Shown: positions 9,338 to 18,644, counted from the first letter of the stretch. The stretch is 57,529 bases of DNA from Candidatus Firestoneibacteriota bacterium (GCA_903894145.1 CAITPB010000233.1:1-57529), one strand, 5' to 3'. The notes: a model not told the origin generated them from the sequence alone. Translations and numbers: made by a program.

Positions 9338-9366
9338 ATATTACCTTTTTAAAATCTAAATGTCAA
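9338..9366 (-). promoter_or_regulatory. Sigma70-type promoter, TTGACA-17 nt-TAATAT, placed 7 nt before the nuclease ATG (leaderless geometry)
   Basis: The minus strand reads TTGACAtttagattttaaaaaggTAATATcactcaaATG. The -35 contains the TGA stop of the upstream TIM-barrel gene. Confidence 0.7.
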
Positions 9367-10187
9367 TGCGGTTGTTTGTTAAAAATGCAGTTGAGATACT
9401 TATAACTGTTTTCCGCGATAACTTCCGGGCCGGGTGTGAAATTAAAGACCTCGACAGAAATGTATTTATCATAACCGGAGGAAGACAGGGCCTCTGCTAT
9501 CGGAACAAAATCCGTCTTACCGAATCCCGGCCCGCTCTTATTTTCGTCGTTGGCATGAAAGTGTTCAAAGTAACCTTTGCAGTTTTTAATTATAGAGGGT
9601 ATAGGCTCGTTTTCCGAGGACATTGCCTTGACATCCAGCATCATCTTAAAGTTAGGATGGCCAAGCTCTTTTACAAAAGCAAGAGTCTCTTTTGCCGTGC
9701 TGAAGATGTTTGTTTCCGCAGTAGAAAGAGGTTCAAGGCAGAGGGTAACGCCGGCCCGGACGGCTTCCTTGGCGCAGTCTATAAAAAAATCTTTAGCCGA
9801 ATCTATTGCCGTTGCGTAGGACATGCCTTCCGGAACATTCCTCTGTTTCGGAGAACCAACAATCATCACTTTACCTCCAAGGTCGGAGCAGAATCTTATA
9901 AGTTCAAAGAAATACGCTTTTGTTTTGTCCCGGAGGGCATCATCGGCTGTGGTTATGGCAAGTCCCTCAGGGCTGACAAGCAGCCAGTGCAGGCCTATTA
10001 TTTCCAGGGCATGACTTTTGGCAACTGCCCTCAGTTCAGCCCTTTTTGCGGTACTGATTAAGTCTACTGATTTGGCAAGGGTAAAGGGCGCGATTTCAAT
10101 CCCGTCATAGCCGGTCTTTTTTACAAACTCGCACGTTTCTTCCCAATCCCAGCCGTTAAAGACCTCGCTGCATATGCCTAGTTTCAT
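9363..10187 (-). CDS. Xylose-isomerase-like TIM-barrel protein (sugar phosphate isomerase/epimerase superfamily)
   Basis: 274 aa. Superfamily-like metal-ligand positions CLEPL, MLDVK, HFHAND and SVEVF. ATGA overlap with the trpC stop. Confidence 0.8.
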   Translation of the reverse strand: MKLGICSEVFNGWDWEETCEFVKKTGYDGIEIAPFTLAKSVDLISTAKRAELRAVAKSHALEIIGLHWLLVSPEGLAITTADDALRDKTKAYFFELIRFCSDLGGKVMIVGSPKQRNVPEGMSYATAIDSAKDFFIDCAKEAVRAGVTLCLEPLSTAETNIFSTAKETLAFVKELGHPNFKMMLDVKAMSSENEPIPSIIKNCKGYFEHFHANDENKSGPGFGKTDFVPIAEALSSSGYDKYISVEVFNFTPGPEVIAENSYKYLNCIFNKQPH

Positions 10188-10957
10188 GTAAACCTCCTGA
10201 GGGTCTTACCCGGGGCAGTCGATCGCATTAATGTCTCTCCGATCAAGGCGCCGTTAATTCCTAATTCTGACAGGTAGCGTATATCGGCTTTCGAGGCTAT
10301 TCCGCTCTCAGAGACGGTGATAACGCCTGGCGGTATGCTTTTCCGAACTATTCCTGAGGTTCGGATATCAACCGAGAAATCTCTCAGATTTCTGTTGTTA
10401 ATCCCTATAATATTTGCGCCGCAATCCAAGGCAGTTAAAACTTCTTCCGTATCGTGTGTTTCAACGAGCGCGTCCATGCAAAGCAGGCGAGAAAGCTTTA
10501 TGAACTGTCTTAATTCTCTTTTGGTCAGGCAAGCTGTTATCAGAAGAACTGCGTCAGCTCCTGCCGCGCGGGATTCAAAGAGTTGATATTCGTCCACAAT
10601 AAAATCTTTGCGCAGAATTGGTATCCTTACGCTTCCTTTTATGGCAGCAAGATAGCCCAGGTTTCCAAGAAAAAAATTCTCTTCTGTAAGAACAGAAATG
10701 GCAGCCGCTCCGTTCTTTTCAAATTCAAGCGCGGTCTTGACGGGAGTAAAATGCCTCGAAATCAGCCCTTTTGAAGGTGAAGCTTTCTTTACTTCGGCAA
10801 TTATTGAGACACGGCCGGTTTTGAGCGCGCAAGACAGGCTGACAGGTTCAGGAGAGGATTCAATGGCATTCAAAAGCACGCGCAGCGGCAAGCGGCTTTT
10901 AAGCGTCGAAAGGTCTTTTCGTTTTAGGTCGGTTATTTTTGTGAGGATATCTTTCAT
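10184..10957 (-). CDS. trpC: Indole-3-glycerol phosphate synthase
   Basis: IIAEVKKASPSKG, FIVDEYQ and NNRNL motifs. Confidence 0.95.
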   Translation of the reverse strand: MKDILTKITDLKRKDLSTLKSRLPLRVLLNAIESSPEPVSLSCALKTGRVSIIAEVKKASPSKGLISRHFTPVKTALEFEKNGAAAISVLTEENFFLGNLGYLAAIKGSVRIPILRKDFIVDEYQLFESRAAGADAVLLITACLTKRELRQFIKLSRLLCMDALVETHDTEEVLTALDCGANIIGINNRNLRDFSVDIRTSGIVRKSIPPGVITVSESGIASKADIRYLSELGINGALIGETLMRSTAPGKTLRRFT

Positions 10958-11970
10958 CAGGAATTAGAAAGTTCTTTTAGGGCTTCCAGAGTTTTCAAGG
11001 CCGCTCTCGAGGATATAGATTGCCTTGCAAGGTCTGCGCCTTCTTTAAGGCTATCGGCCTTGCCTCCCGCGACAATGCCCGCGGCAGCGTTGATGATTGC
11101 CATGTCAGCGAATACTCCTCCTTCTCCTTTTAGAATATTCAGGGTTATGGATTTGTTGAGGGAGATGTCTCCCCCTTTGATAGAAGACAGTTTCGATTTT
11201 CTTGCCCCAAAATCTTCCGGCTTGACCGTGTAGGATTCAATCTTCCCGTTCTTTAATTCCATTATTTTCGTCGGGCCGGCAAGCGAAATTTCATCGAGAC
11301 CGTCATGTCCGTGAACCACTAGAGCGCGCGCGTGTCCGATATTTTTTAAGACATGGATATAGTCGATCATGAGCTTTTCGGAAAAAACTCCGATTACCTG
11401 ATGTTTCACTCCGGCAGGGTTGGCTAGAGGGCCTATAATGTTGAATATAGTCCGTATGCCAAGTTCTTTTCTTACCGGCGCAACGAATTTCATCGAGGTA
11501 TGGAGAAGCGGCGCGAATAAGTACGCTATTCCTGCTTCGTCTAGGCAGCGGCCTATCTTCTCGGGAGGAATTTCAAGCTTTACTCCGAGCGCTTCGACCA
11601 GATCGGCGCTGCCGCACTTGGAGGATACCGCGCGGTTTCCGTGTTTTGCGACCGGTACTCCGGCGCCTGCGGCGATAAATGCAGCCGTTGTAGAAACATT
11701 AAAGGTGTCGCTTTTGTCTCCTCCCGTCCCGCAGGTGTCTATAACATTCCGGTGTTTTGTTTTGATATGGATAGCGTTCTTTCTCATTGATTCAGCTGCC
11801 CCGGAGATTTCTTCAATGGTTTCGCCCTTCATACGAAGACTTACCAGGAATGCTCCGATTAGAGCCGGCGGACAGATGCCGCTCATGATTTCATCCATAA
11901 CAGAGGACATTTCTTCTCTGGAAAGGTCCTCTTTGTTATCGATGATTTTTAGAAGAGCTTCTTTTATCAT
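10957..11970 (-). CDS. trpD: Anthranilate phosphoribosyltransferase
   Basis: CGTGGDKSDTFNVST and KHGNRAVSSKCGSAD motifs. Confidence 0.96.
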   Translation of the reverse strand: MIKEALLKIIDNKEDLSREEMSSVMDEIMSGICPPALIGAFLVSLRMKGETIEEISGAAESMRKNAIHIKTKHRNVIDTCGTGGDKSDTFNVSTTAAFIAAGAGVPVAKHGNRAVSSKCGSADLVEALGVKLEIPPEKIGRCLDEAGIAYLFAPLLHTSMKFVAPVRKELGIRTIFNIIGPLANPAGVKHQVIGVFSEKLMIDYIHVLKNIGHARALVVHGHDGLDEISLAGPTKIMELKNGKIESYTVKPEDFGARKSKLSSIKGGDISLNKSITLNILKGEGGVFADMAIINAAAGIVAGGKADSLKEGADLARQSISSRAALKTLEALKELSNS

Positions 11971-11976
11971 AATTCC

Positions 11977-12561
11977 TCAGGCTTTCTGTTTTCCGTAAGC
12001 AATTTCCAAGAAATTCTTTAGAATCTTCATTCCTGATTTTGTCAGGATTGATTCAGGATGAAATTGAACGCCATAAATCGGATAGTCCCTGTGTTTAAGG
12101 CCCATTATCTCGCCTTCTTTCGTCCAGGCAGTTACTTCCAACTGTTTGGGTATGAATTTATCGCTGACAATCAGGGAGTGATACCTTGTTGCTTCAAAAG
12201 GGTTTTCAAGGCCTTTAAAAATACCTTTCGAGTTATGTTGAATTAAACTTGTTTTTCCGTGCATTAGTCTCTTTGCTCTGACAACTTTACCTCCGAAAAC
12301 ATGTCCTATGCACTGGTGGCCGAGACAAACTCCGAAAATTGGCAGTTTGTCTTTGAAAGCAAGAATGATCTCGTTTGACATTCCCGCTTCCTTCGGTGAC
12401 TTGGGTCCCGGAGAAATTACTATGGCGCGCGGTTTCAGCACTCTTATTTGTGCGGTGGTCGTTTTATCGTTCCGCACGACCTCCGGGTTTGCCCCCAGTT
12501 CGCCAAAATATTGAACCAGGTTATATGTGAATGAATCGTAATTGTCTATTATCAGTATCAT
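11977..12561 (-). CDS. trpG: Anthranilate synthase component II (glutamine amidotransferase)
   Basis: GVCLGHQ catalytic Cys, the FHPES triad, 194 aa. Confidence 0.93.
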   Translation of the reverse strand: MILIIDNYDSFTYNLVQYFGELGANPEVVRNDKTTTAQIRVLKPRAIVISPGPKSPKEAGMSNEIILAFKDKLPIFGVCLGHQCIGHVFGGKVVRAKRLMHGKTSLIQHNSKGIFKGLENPFEATRYHSLIVSDKFIPKQLEVTAWTKEGEIMGLKHRDYPIYGVQFHPESILTKSGMKILKNFLEIAYGKQKA

Positions 12562-12628
12562 TTTTCCTCTTTACAGAATGTTAATGTAGTCCTGAATTTA
12601 CTGAGCATCCGAGCCTATGAGCATCAGG

Positions 12629-14107
12629 TTAAAGTCCTTTCCCCGCCAGTTCTACCGCTGACATTAAAGCTTTTGCTTTGTTCAGAGTTTCCTGGTATTC
12701 AGTTTTTGGGTTTGAATCCGCGACTATTCCTGCGCCCGCCTGGACGAAAACCCTGTTCTTGTTTATGATCATCGTACGAAGCGTTATGCACGAGTCAAGG
12801 TTGCCGTTAAAACCGAAGTAGCCTATCATGCCGGCGTAGGGTCCTCTTTGAACAGGTTCAAGTTCTTCAATTATCTCCATCGCGCGAATCTTCGGGGCTC
12901 CGCTTACCGTGCCTGCCGGAAAACAGGAACGTATGACATCATAGGAGTCTCTGCCTTTTTTCAGCTTGCCGGTAACATTAGAGACAATGTGCATGACAAA
13001 GGCGTATTTCTCGATAGACAGCATCTCATCAACCTTTACGGAGCTGTAATCGCAGACTCTTCCGATATCATTCCTTGCAAGGTCAACGAGCATTACATGT
13101 TCTGCCAATTCTTTCGGGTCTTTAAGGAGTTCTTTTGTTAGTTTGTCGTCTTCGTCCTCGTCTTTTCCGCGCGGCCTTGTGCCTGCGATTGGCCTTTCTG
13201 TAACTATGCCGTTCTCTACTTTGACCATTATTTCGGGAGAAGCTCCGGCGACCCTAAGGTCTCCGTATTTCAAGTAGAACATGTAGGGAGACGGGTTTAT
13301 GACCCGAAGCGCTCTGTAAATATCAAAAGAGTCTGTTGAAGATCCGGCTGACAGCCGCTGGGAAAGAACGACCTGGAAAATATCACCGGACCTAATATAT
13401 TCCTTGGCTTTATCAACCATTTTCATGTATTTGTTTTTTGAAGTATTTGAAACCAGGGCTTCATGTGCTTTCTTGCCGTTCCGTCCGGAAAGGATAGAGT
13501 CTTTTGCCGGTTTCTTGAGTTTGTCCACAAGTTTTTCTATTGCCTCAACGCCTTTTTTGTAGGCTTTTTCGGGTGAGCCTTTAACCAGCACGTTTGCGAC
13601 AACTTTTATTGTATGTTTAATGTGGTCAAATACCAGAAGGGTGTCTGTTATCATGAAAGCAGCGTCGGGGAGCTTGCGGTCATCGTCTTTATTTGCCGGG
13701 AGTTTTTCGAAGTATCTTACCATGTCATAGCTTAAGTAGCCTACAGCGCCGCCGGAAAATAGCGGCAGTCCTGGAATTTTGACAGGTTTGTATTCCGCCA
13801 TAAAATCTTTTAGCGCTTCAAGACAGTCTTTTTTCGCGGTAAAGACAGTTTTGTTGTCATGTCTCTCTATCTCGACCCTGTTGTTTTTAGAGATAAAAAG
13901 CACCGAAGGATCGGAACCGAGGAAGGAATACCTTGCCAGCCGCTCTCCGCCCACCACGGATTCAAGCAGAAAAGAGTATTTGCTTTCTATCTTCTTGAAG
14001 GCTGAAACCGGGGTTTCCATATCGGCGAAGATCTCGGCATATACGGGAATAAGATTGCCTTTTTTTGCGAGGTTCTTAAAATCACTTAACTCGGGATGTA
14101 TTCTCAT
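12629..14107 (-). CDS. trpE: Anthranilate synthase component I
   Basis: 492 aa. LLESVVGGERLARYSF at the N-terminus and a chorismate-binding C-terminal domain (GAPKIRAMEIIEELE, GAGIVADS). Confidence 0.95.
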   Translation of the reverse strand: MRIHPELSDFKNLAKKGNLIPVYAEIFADMETPVSAFKKIESKYSFLLESVVGGERLARYSFLGSDPSVLFISKNNRVEIERHDNKTVFTAKKDCLEALKDFMAEYKPVKIPGLPLFSGGAVGYLSYDMVRYFEKLPANKDDDRKLPDAAFMITDTLLVFDHIKHTIKVVANVLVKGSPEKAYKKGVEAIEKLVDKLKKPAKDSILSGRNGKKAHEALVSNTSKNKYMKMVDKAKEYIRSGDIFQVVLSQRLSAGSSTDSFDIYRALRVINPSPYMFYLKYGDLRVAGASPEIMVKVENGIVTERPIAGTRPRGKDEDEDDKLTKELLKDPKELAEHVMLVDLARNDIGRVCDYSSVKVDEMLSIEKYAFVMHIVSNVTGKLKKGRDSYDVIRSCFPAGTVSGAPKIRAMEIIEELEPVQRGPYAGMIGYFGFNGNLDSCITLRTMIINKNRVFVQAGAGIVADSNPKTEYQETLNKAKALMSAVELAGKGL

Positions 14108-14114
14108 TCACCCC

Positions 14115-14501
14115 TCACTTGCCGTAAACTTTTTTCGGGTCAAATAGTATTTTTCCCGTTTGAACAAGCTTAGCGCCTTTTACCTGTTTAAAGAAACAAC
14201 TTCTGCGGCCGGTGTGGCAGGCCGCGCCTCCAAGCTGGTTGACTTTAACTAGTATAGCGTCAGAATCGCAGTCAAAGGCTATGCTCTTCAGTATCTGTAC
14301 GTTGCCTGAAGTTTCTCCTTTGAGCCATAGTTTGTTTCTGCTTCTGGACCAGAAGTGAACCTGTTTTGTTTTGAGCGTCTTTTGGAGCGCCAGTTTGTTC
14401 ATATAGGCCAGCATCAGCACGTCGCCTGTTTTGTAGTCCTGAACAATCGCCGGTATCAGGCCGTCCGGGGAATATTTGCACTGCTTTAAGATTGCTTTCA
14501 C
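14115..14501 (-). CDS. hisI: Phosphoribosyl-AMP cyclohydrolase (monofunctional, no HisE domain)
   Basis: 128 aa with [18 protein letters not shown] and CHTGRRSCF motifs. Confidence 0.93.
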   Translation of the reverse strand: MKAILKQCKYSPDGLIPAIVQDYKTGDVLMLAYMNKLALQKTLKTKQVHFWSRSRNKLWLKGETSGNVQILKSIAFDCDSDAILVKVNQLGGAACHTGRRSCFFKQVKGAKLVQTGKILFDPKKVYGK

Positions 14502-14516
14502 TTGTTAATCTCCTTT

Positions 14517-15275
14517 TCAGATTCTTACGTTTACGCCAAGTTTTCTAAGTTCCTGTTTAACCTTCTTAACAGTGTATTCCTTGTAGTGAAATATGGAAGC
14601 GGCGAGCACCGCGTCCGCTTTACCCTTTGTAAGTACCTCGTACATATGCTCGACATTACCCGCGCCGCCTGAAGCAATTACGGGGACATTTACGGCCTCG
14701 CTGATTGCTTTTGTCAGCTCTATGTCATAGCCATTCTTCGTGCCGTCGGCGTCCATGCTTGTAAGCAATATTTCGCCGGAGCCGAGCTTAACAGTCTTTT
14801 TTGCCCATTTAACCGCGTCTAAGCCTGTCCGGTTTCTTCCGCCATGGGTGAATATTTCCCATTTATTGCTGGAAACTTTCTTTGCGTCTATCGCGGTAAC
14901 AATGCATTGGCTTCCGAAGAGTTCTGAAGATTCTCGAATGATATCGGGGTTTTCGATTGCGGCGGTGTTTATGGAGACTTTGTCTGCTCCGGCGTTAAGA
15001 AGCGCCCGGATATCTCCTACGGTTTTGATTCCGCCTCCGACAGTTAAGGGGATGAAAATAGTTGAGGCAGTCCTGCGGACAACATCTATCATTATCTTTC
15101 TTTTCTCGTGGGAAGCAGTAATATCCAGAAAAACCAGTTCATCGCCGCCCTGCCTGTCATACTCTGCGGCGCTTTCGACCGGGTCGCCGGCTTTCTGCAA
15201 CTCCAGAAATTTAATGCCTTTTACCACCTGTCCGTCTTTGACATCCAGGCAGGGGATAATCCTTTTAGCGAGCAC
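14517..15275 (-). CDS. hisF: Imidazole glycerol phosphate synthase cyclase subunit
   Basis: I moved the start to GTG at 15273-15275, with GGAGGA 4 nt upstream, giving [15 protein letters not shown]. The track ORF's 58-aa extension overlaps hisA and is not HisF-like. Confidence 0.93.
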   Translation of the reverse strand: MLAKRIIPCLDVKDGQVVKGIKFLELQKAGDPVESAAEYDRQGGDELVFLDITASHEKRKIMIDVVRRTASTIFIPLTVGGGIKTVGDIRALLNAGADKVSINTAAIENPDIIRESSELFGSQCIVTAIDAKKVSSNKWEIFTHGGRNRTGLDAVKWAKKTVKLGSGEILLTSMDADGTKNGYDIELTKAISEAVNVPVIASGGAGNVEHMYEVLTKGKADAVLAASIFHYKEYTVKKVKQELRKLGVNVRI

Positions 15276-16072
15276 TATATCCTCCTTCCGCTCTTTCGGG
15301 CTTTTATTAAATTTTTCTTTTTTCTTGTCCGACGATCGGAAGGCTGGTATTCTTTGGCCAATCTGATGGCTTTTTTCAGGTCGAGATTGCCGGTGTAAAG
15401 TGATTTGCCGATGACCATTCCGGAAACACCGTACTTTTCCAGCGCACAAAGATTTTCGACGTCGTCGATGCTGGTTACACCTCCGGAGGCAATTACTTCC
15501 ATGTTGACGGCCTGCGCCAGTTCCTTGGTGTTCTTGAAGTTTGGCCCCGAAAGCATCCCGTCTTTTTCAATGTCGGTAAATAGTATTGTCTTGACGCCCA
15601 CAGCTTCTACTTCTTTCGCAATGGTCACGGCTCTCTTATTGGTGACTTCCTTCCATCCTTTGACCGCTACCAATCCTTTCTTGGCGTCAATGCCCACCAT
15701 GATACGGTGCTTGTATTTATCAACGGCTTCTTTGAGGAAATCAGTGTTGCTGATAACCGAGGTGCCGAGTATAGCCCTCTCAACTCCGCCGTTCATTATT
15801 TTGTCGAGCGTTTCGATATTTCTGATGCCGCCCCCGAATTCCACGGGTATTCTCAATGTTTTTACAATCTTTAGAACAATGTCAAGATTCTTTGGAATTC
15901 CGGTGACCGCCCCGTCGATATCAACTACGTGCAGCATTTTCGCGCCTTTAAGCTGCCATAGTTTCGCGACGCCTTCCGGCTCTTCTGAAAAGATTGTCTC
16001 ATCACGCAGATTGCCCTGGGCAAGCCTGATACATCTGCCTTTTCTTATGTCAATCGCGGGGATTATAAGCAT
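15275..16072 (-). CDS. hisA: ProFAR isomerase
   Basis: [17 protein letters not shown] start. There is a short basic C-terminal tail of about 25 aa that also encodes the hisF SD. Confidence 0.93.
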   Translation of the reverse strand: MLIIPAIDIRKGRCIRLAQGNLRDETIFSEEPEGVAKLWQLKGAKMLHVVDIDGAVTGIPKNLDIVLKIVKTLRIPVEFGGGIRNIETLDKIMNGGVERAILGTSVISNTDFLKEAVDKYKHRIMVGIDAKKGLVAVKGWKEVTNKRAVTIAKEVEAVGVKTILFTDIEKDGMLSGPNFKNTKELAQAVNMEVIASGGVTSIDDVENLCALEKYGVSGMVIGKSLYTGNLDLKKAIRLAKEYQPSDRRTRKKKNLIKARKSGRRI

Positions 16073-16695
16073 TATTGTTTAACCATTTTTACAAAATTTG
16101 AGAGTATTGTCAATCCGGCTTTTTGACTTTTTTCAGGGTGAAACTGCACGCCTAAGACATTATCTCTGCAGACAGACGATGCGAATTTAACTCCGTATTC
16201 AGTGGTAGCCGCAATATCGATTCTCTTTTCCGGAATTCCGTAGTAGGAATGCACGAAGTAGAAAAAGGAGCCGTCTTTAACACCCTTAAACAACGCGCAG
16301 GGTTTTGTCCTATAGACATTGTTCCAGCCTATTTGCGGAACCTTGAGTCCTTTCCTTTTCGGGAAACGGACCACGGTTCCGGGAATGATATCAAGTCCGT
16401 CCCAGGCCCCGTTCTCTTCGCTTTTCGTATAAAGAAGCTGCAGCCCAATGCAGATGCCGAGGAAAGGTTTTCCGGACGCGGCCGCCTTTCTGAGAGGTTC
16501 CACGAGCCTGAGGTTGTTCAGATTCTTCATGGCGTCGCTGAAGGCGCCCACGCCCGGCAGAACAACCGCAGAGGCGCCCTCAATGATCTTCCTGCTATCT
16601 GTGACGATTGCGTTGCCTCCGGCCGAATCAAGCGCTTTTGAGGCGCTGAGCAGGTTTCCCATGCCAAAATCCACTACCGCGATATATTTCTTCAC
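16072..16695 (-). CDS. hisH: Imidazole glycerol phosphate synthase glutaminase subunit
   Basis: IAVVDFGMGNL, GICIGLQ and FHPEKS motifs. Confidence 0.95.
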   Translation of the reverse strand: MKKYIAVVDFGMGNLLSASKALDSAGGNAIVTDSRKIIEGASAVVLPGVGAFSDAMKNLNNLRLVEPLRKAAASGKPFLGICIGLQLLYTKSEENGAWDGLDIIPGTVVRFPKRKGLKVPQIGWNNVYRTKPCALFKGVKDGSFFYFVHSYYGIPEKRIDIAATTEYGVKFASSVCRDNVLGVQFHPEKSQKAGLTILSNFVKMVKQ

Positions 16696-17276
16696 AGACT
16701 TCCTTTTGTGGAAGGGATATCCCTTCCGGTTATTTTAACAGCGTCTTTTACGGCTCTTCCAAAAGACTTGAAAGCGGATTCTATGGTGTGGTGCGGGTTC
16801 TTGCCGCAGGTCTTGTGCAGGTGCAGGGTCGCGCCTGACGTCATTGTGAAAGCTTTGAAAAATTCTTCGGTCAGGTCTTCGTCAAAAATGCCGACCTTCT
16901 TTTTGTCGAGCGCCAGGTCAAATACAAGATAGGGCCTTCCGCAGAAGTCCACCGAGACTGCTACCAGCGAATCGTCCATGGGTGCCGAGCCGAAGCCGTA
17001 CCTGTTGATGCCTTTCTTGTCGTCAAGCGCTTTTTTAAAGGCGTCTCCTAGCACCAGCCCGACGTCTTCCACCAGGTGATGAAAATCAGGCACAGCGTCT
17101 CCTTTCGCTTTCAGTTCAATGTTCAAACCGCCGTGTTTTGCAAGCTGGGAAAGCATATGATCGAAAAAATCATCTCCTGTCCGAATGCTGAATTTTCCGC
17201 TTCCGTTTAAGTCCAACCCGAGCGTTATGCTGGTCTCAGAGGTCTTTCGTTTTATAGTAGCCTTTCTCTTTTTCAT
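16692..17276 (-). CDS. hisB: Imidazoleglycerol-phosphate dehydratase (monofunctional)
   Basis: 194 aa with FFDHML, DFHHLVEDVG and NPHHTIES motifs. Confidence 0.95.
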   Translation of the reverse strand: MKKRKATIKRKTSETSITLGLDLNGSGKFSIRTGDDFFDHMLSQLAKHGGLNIELKAKGDAVPDFHHLVEDVGLVLGDAFKKALDDKKGINRYGFGSAPMDDSLVAVSVDFCGRPYLVFDLALDKKKVGIFDEDLTEEFFKAFTMTSGATLHLHKTCGKNPHHTIESAFKSFGRAVKDAVKITGRDIPSTKGSL

Positions 17277-17355
17277 TTTGTCTCCCTAACGATGTTTTAT
17301 GCAGCAAATACTGAAACAAGCTGCGAAACGAATGTCTGAGAAGCCTCATAAGGGT

Positions 17356-18630
17356 TTAGAGCCTGCAGCTTACGCTTTTGCCGTGCGCGCGAAGACCTTC
17401 GCACTCGGCGAGCTGTTCTATCTTTAATTTTACGTCTTCAAGCGCCTGCTTTGAATATTTAACGTAGCCTATCCGTTTGACAAAATCGGAAACTCCGAGT
17501 CCCGAAGAAAATCTTGAGGATCCGGAAGTCGGAAGAACATGGTTCGTTCCGGCAATGTAGTCGCCGAGCGCGACAGGCGAGTAATTACCCATGAAAATCG
17601 CGCCCGCGTTCCGGATGAGTTTCAGCAGTTTTTCATTTTTCCTGGTCATCAGCTGGAGGTGCTCAGGAGCGAAAATATTGGAGAGAGTTGCTGCTTCTTC
17701 CAGGTTTTTCGCGATAACTATACAGCCTCTCTTTAGCGCTGATTCGATGATGGCTGACTTAGGTAGACAGGCTTTCTGCCTGTTAAGAGCATCCAGAGTT
17801 TTCGCAGCGAATTCCGCGGAATCCGTGATCATTATGCAGGTCGCGTCTTCATCGTGTTCAGCCTGGGCCAGCAGGTCAGAAGCCGCATATTCAGGATTTG
17901 CGGAGCTGTCCGCTATCAACAGCACCTCGGAAGGCCCGGCAATGCTGTCTATTCCGGCCAGCCCGAAGATCATCCTTTTTGCGATTGCCACGTAAATATT
18001 TCCGGGTCCCACTATCTTATCAACACGCCGGACTGTTTTAGTCCCGTAGGCCATAGCCGCGATTGCCTGCGCGCCTCCGAGCTTATATACCTCTTTTACT
18101 CCGCAGAGCGCGGCAGCAGCAAGTATAACCGGATTTATTTTTCCTTTTTTATCGGCAGGCGTGCACATTACTACGCTTTTTACGCCGGCAGTCAGCGCGG
18201 GAATCGCATTCATCAATACCGTGCTGGGGTAAACTGCCTTGCCGCCCGGCACATATATGCCCGTTCCGTCTACAGGGACAATCATCATACCTGTCGAGGC
18301 GCCTTTTCCGGAAGAAATTGAGAACCCCGCGGTCTTTTGTTTTTTGCAGAATGACGTGATATTCTTCTTGGCTGTTTTTAGGGCCGCAATAATTTCCGGT
18401 TTTACGGCGCGCAAAGCTTCGCGGAATTCCTCTTTTGTAACGATTAGGCCTTTTGGTGAGGTTTTAAATCCGTCAAAACGCGCTGTGAGAGAAACAAGCG
18501 CTTTGTCGCCGTTTTTTGCGACGGCGGCAATTATTCTTTTTACAACAGCAACCTCGCGGCTGTCCGTGTTAATAAGCCTCTTGAAATAGGTTTCAAGTTG
18601 TTTTTTGTCGGAAGAACGTATTATCTTCAT
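17356..18630 (-). CDS. hisD: Histidinol dehydrogenase
   Basis: 424 aa with QAEHDE and a C-terminal HG motif. Confidence 0.95.
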   Translation of the reverse strand: MKIIRSSDKKQLETYFKRLINTDSREVAVVKRIIAAVAKNGDKALVSLTARFDGFKTSPKGLIVTKEEFREALRAVKPEIIAALKTAKKNITSFCKKQKTAGFSISSGKGASTGMMIVPVDGTGIYVPGGKAVYPSTVLMNAIPALTAGVKSVVMCTPADKKGKINPVILAAAALCGVKEVYKLGGAQAIAAMAYGTKTVRRVDKIVGPGNIYVAIAKRMIFGLAGIDSIAGPSEVLLIADSSANPEYAASDLLAQAEHDEDATCIMITDSAEFAAKTLDALNRQKACLPKSAIIESALKRGCIVIAKNLEEAATLSNIFAPEHLQLMTRKNEKLLKLIRNAGAIFMGNYSPVALGDYIAGTNHVLPTSGSSRFSSGLGVSDFVKRIGYVKYSKQALEDVKLKIEQLAECEGLRAHGKSVSCRL

Positions 18631-18635
18631 GCTCG

Positions 18636-18644
18636 ATTTTATCA
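18636..18644 (-). promoter_or_regulatory. Extended -10 promoter TGATAAAAT, 5 nt upstream of the hisD ATG (leaderless geometry)
   Basis: The minus strand reads cTGATAAAATcgagcATG, with no SD. Confidence 0.5.

Noticed and set aside
9360-10061. Long antisense ORFs opposite well-supported genes. They are 9360-10061 (+), 14740-15366 (+), 15405-16082 (+), 24478-25029 (-), 31440-32204 (+), 39221-39862 (+), 46794-47510 (+) and 53594-54304 (+).
   Set aside because: Each lies fully inside a gene with clear family motifs on the other strand. Their translations are low-complexity (S/A/F/L/R-rich) with no recognisable domains, SD or promoter. These are typical shadow ORFs.
12562-12628. Direct repeat GAGCATC...GAGCATC in the trpE-trpG spacer.
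   Set aside because: It is a single 7-nt direct repeat without dyad symmetry or a recurrence elsewhere in the window, so it is most likely chance.
14108-14114. Looked for a trp leader peptide, T-box or TRAP-binding (G/U)AG repeats upstream of trpE, and for a his leader upstream of hisD.
   Set aside because: Only 7 nt separate hisI and trpE, and only 68 nt (with a promoter-like element) precede hisD. There is no room for, and no sign of, these elements.
15278-15350. Basic C-terminal tails on HisA ([21 protein letters not shown]) and IspE, and the Lys/Ala-rich tail on L31.
   Set aside because: The HisA and IspE tails coincide with the SD and start region of the next gene. They are most simply explained as late stop codons in overlapping cistrons. 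The L31 tail is short. None is distinctive enough to be a finding.
15276-15449. 58-aa N-terminal extension of the hisF ORF in the track ([12 protein letters not shown]...).
   Set aside because: It overlaps the hisA 3' end in another frame. A GTG with GGAGGA 4 nt upstream gives the canonical [12 protein letters not shown] start at 15275.
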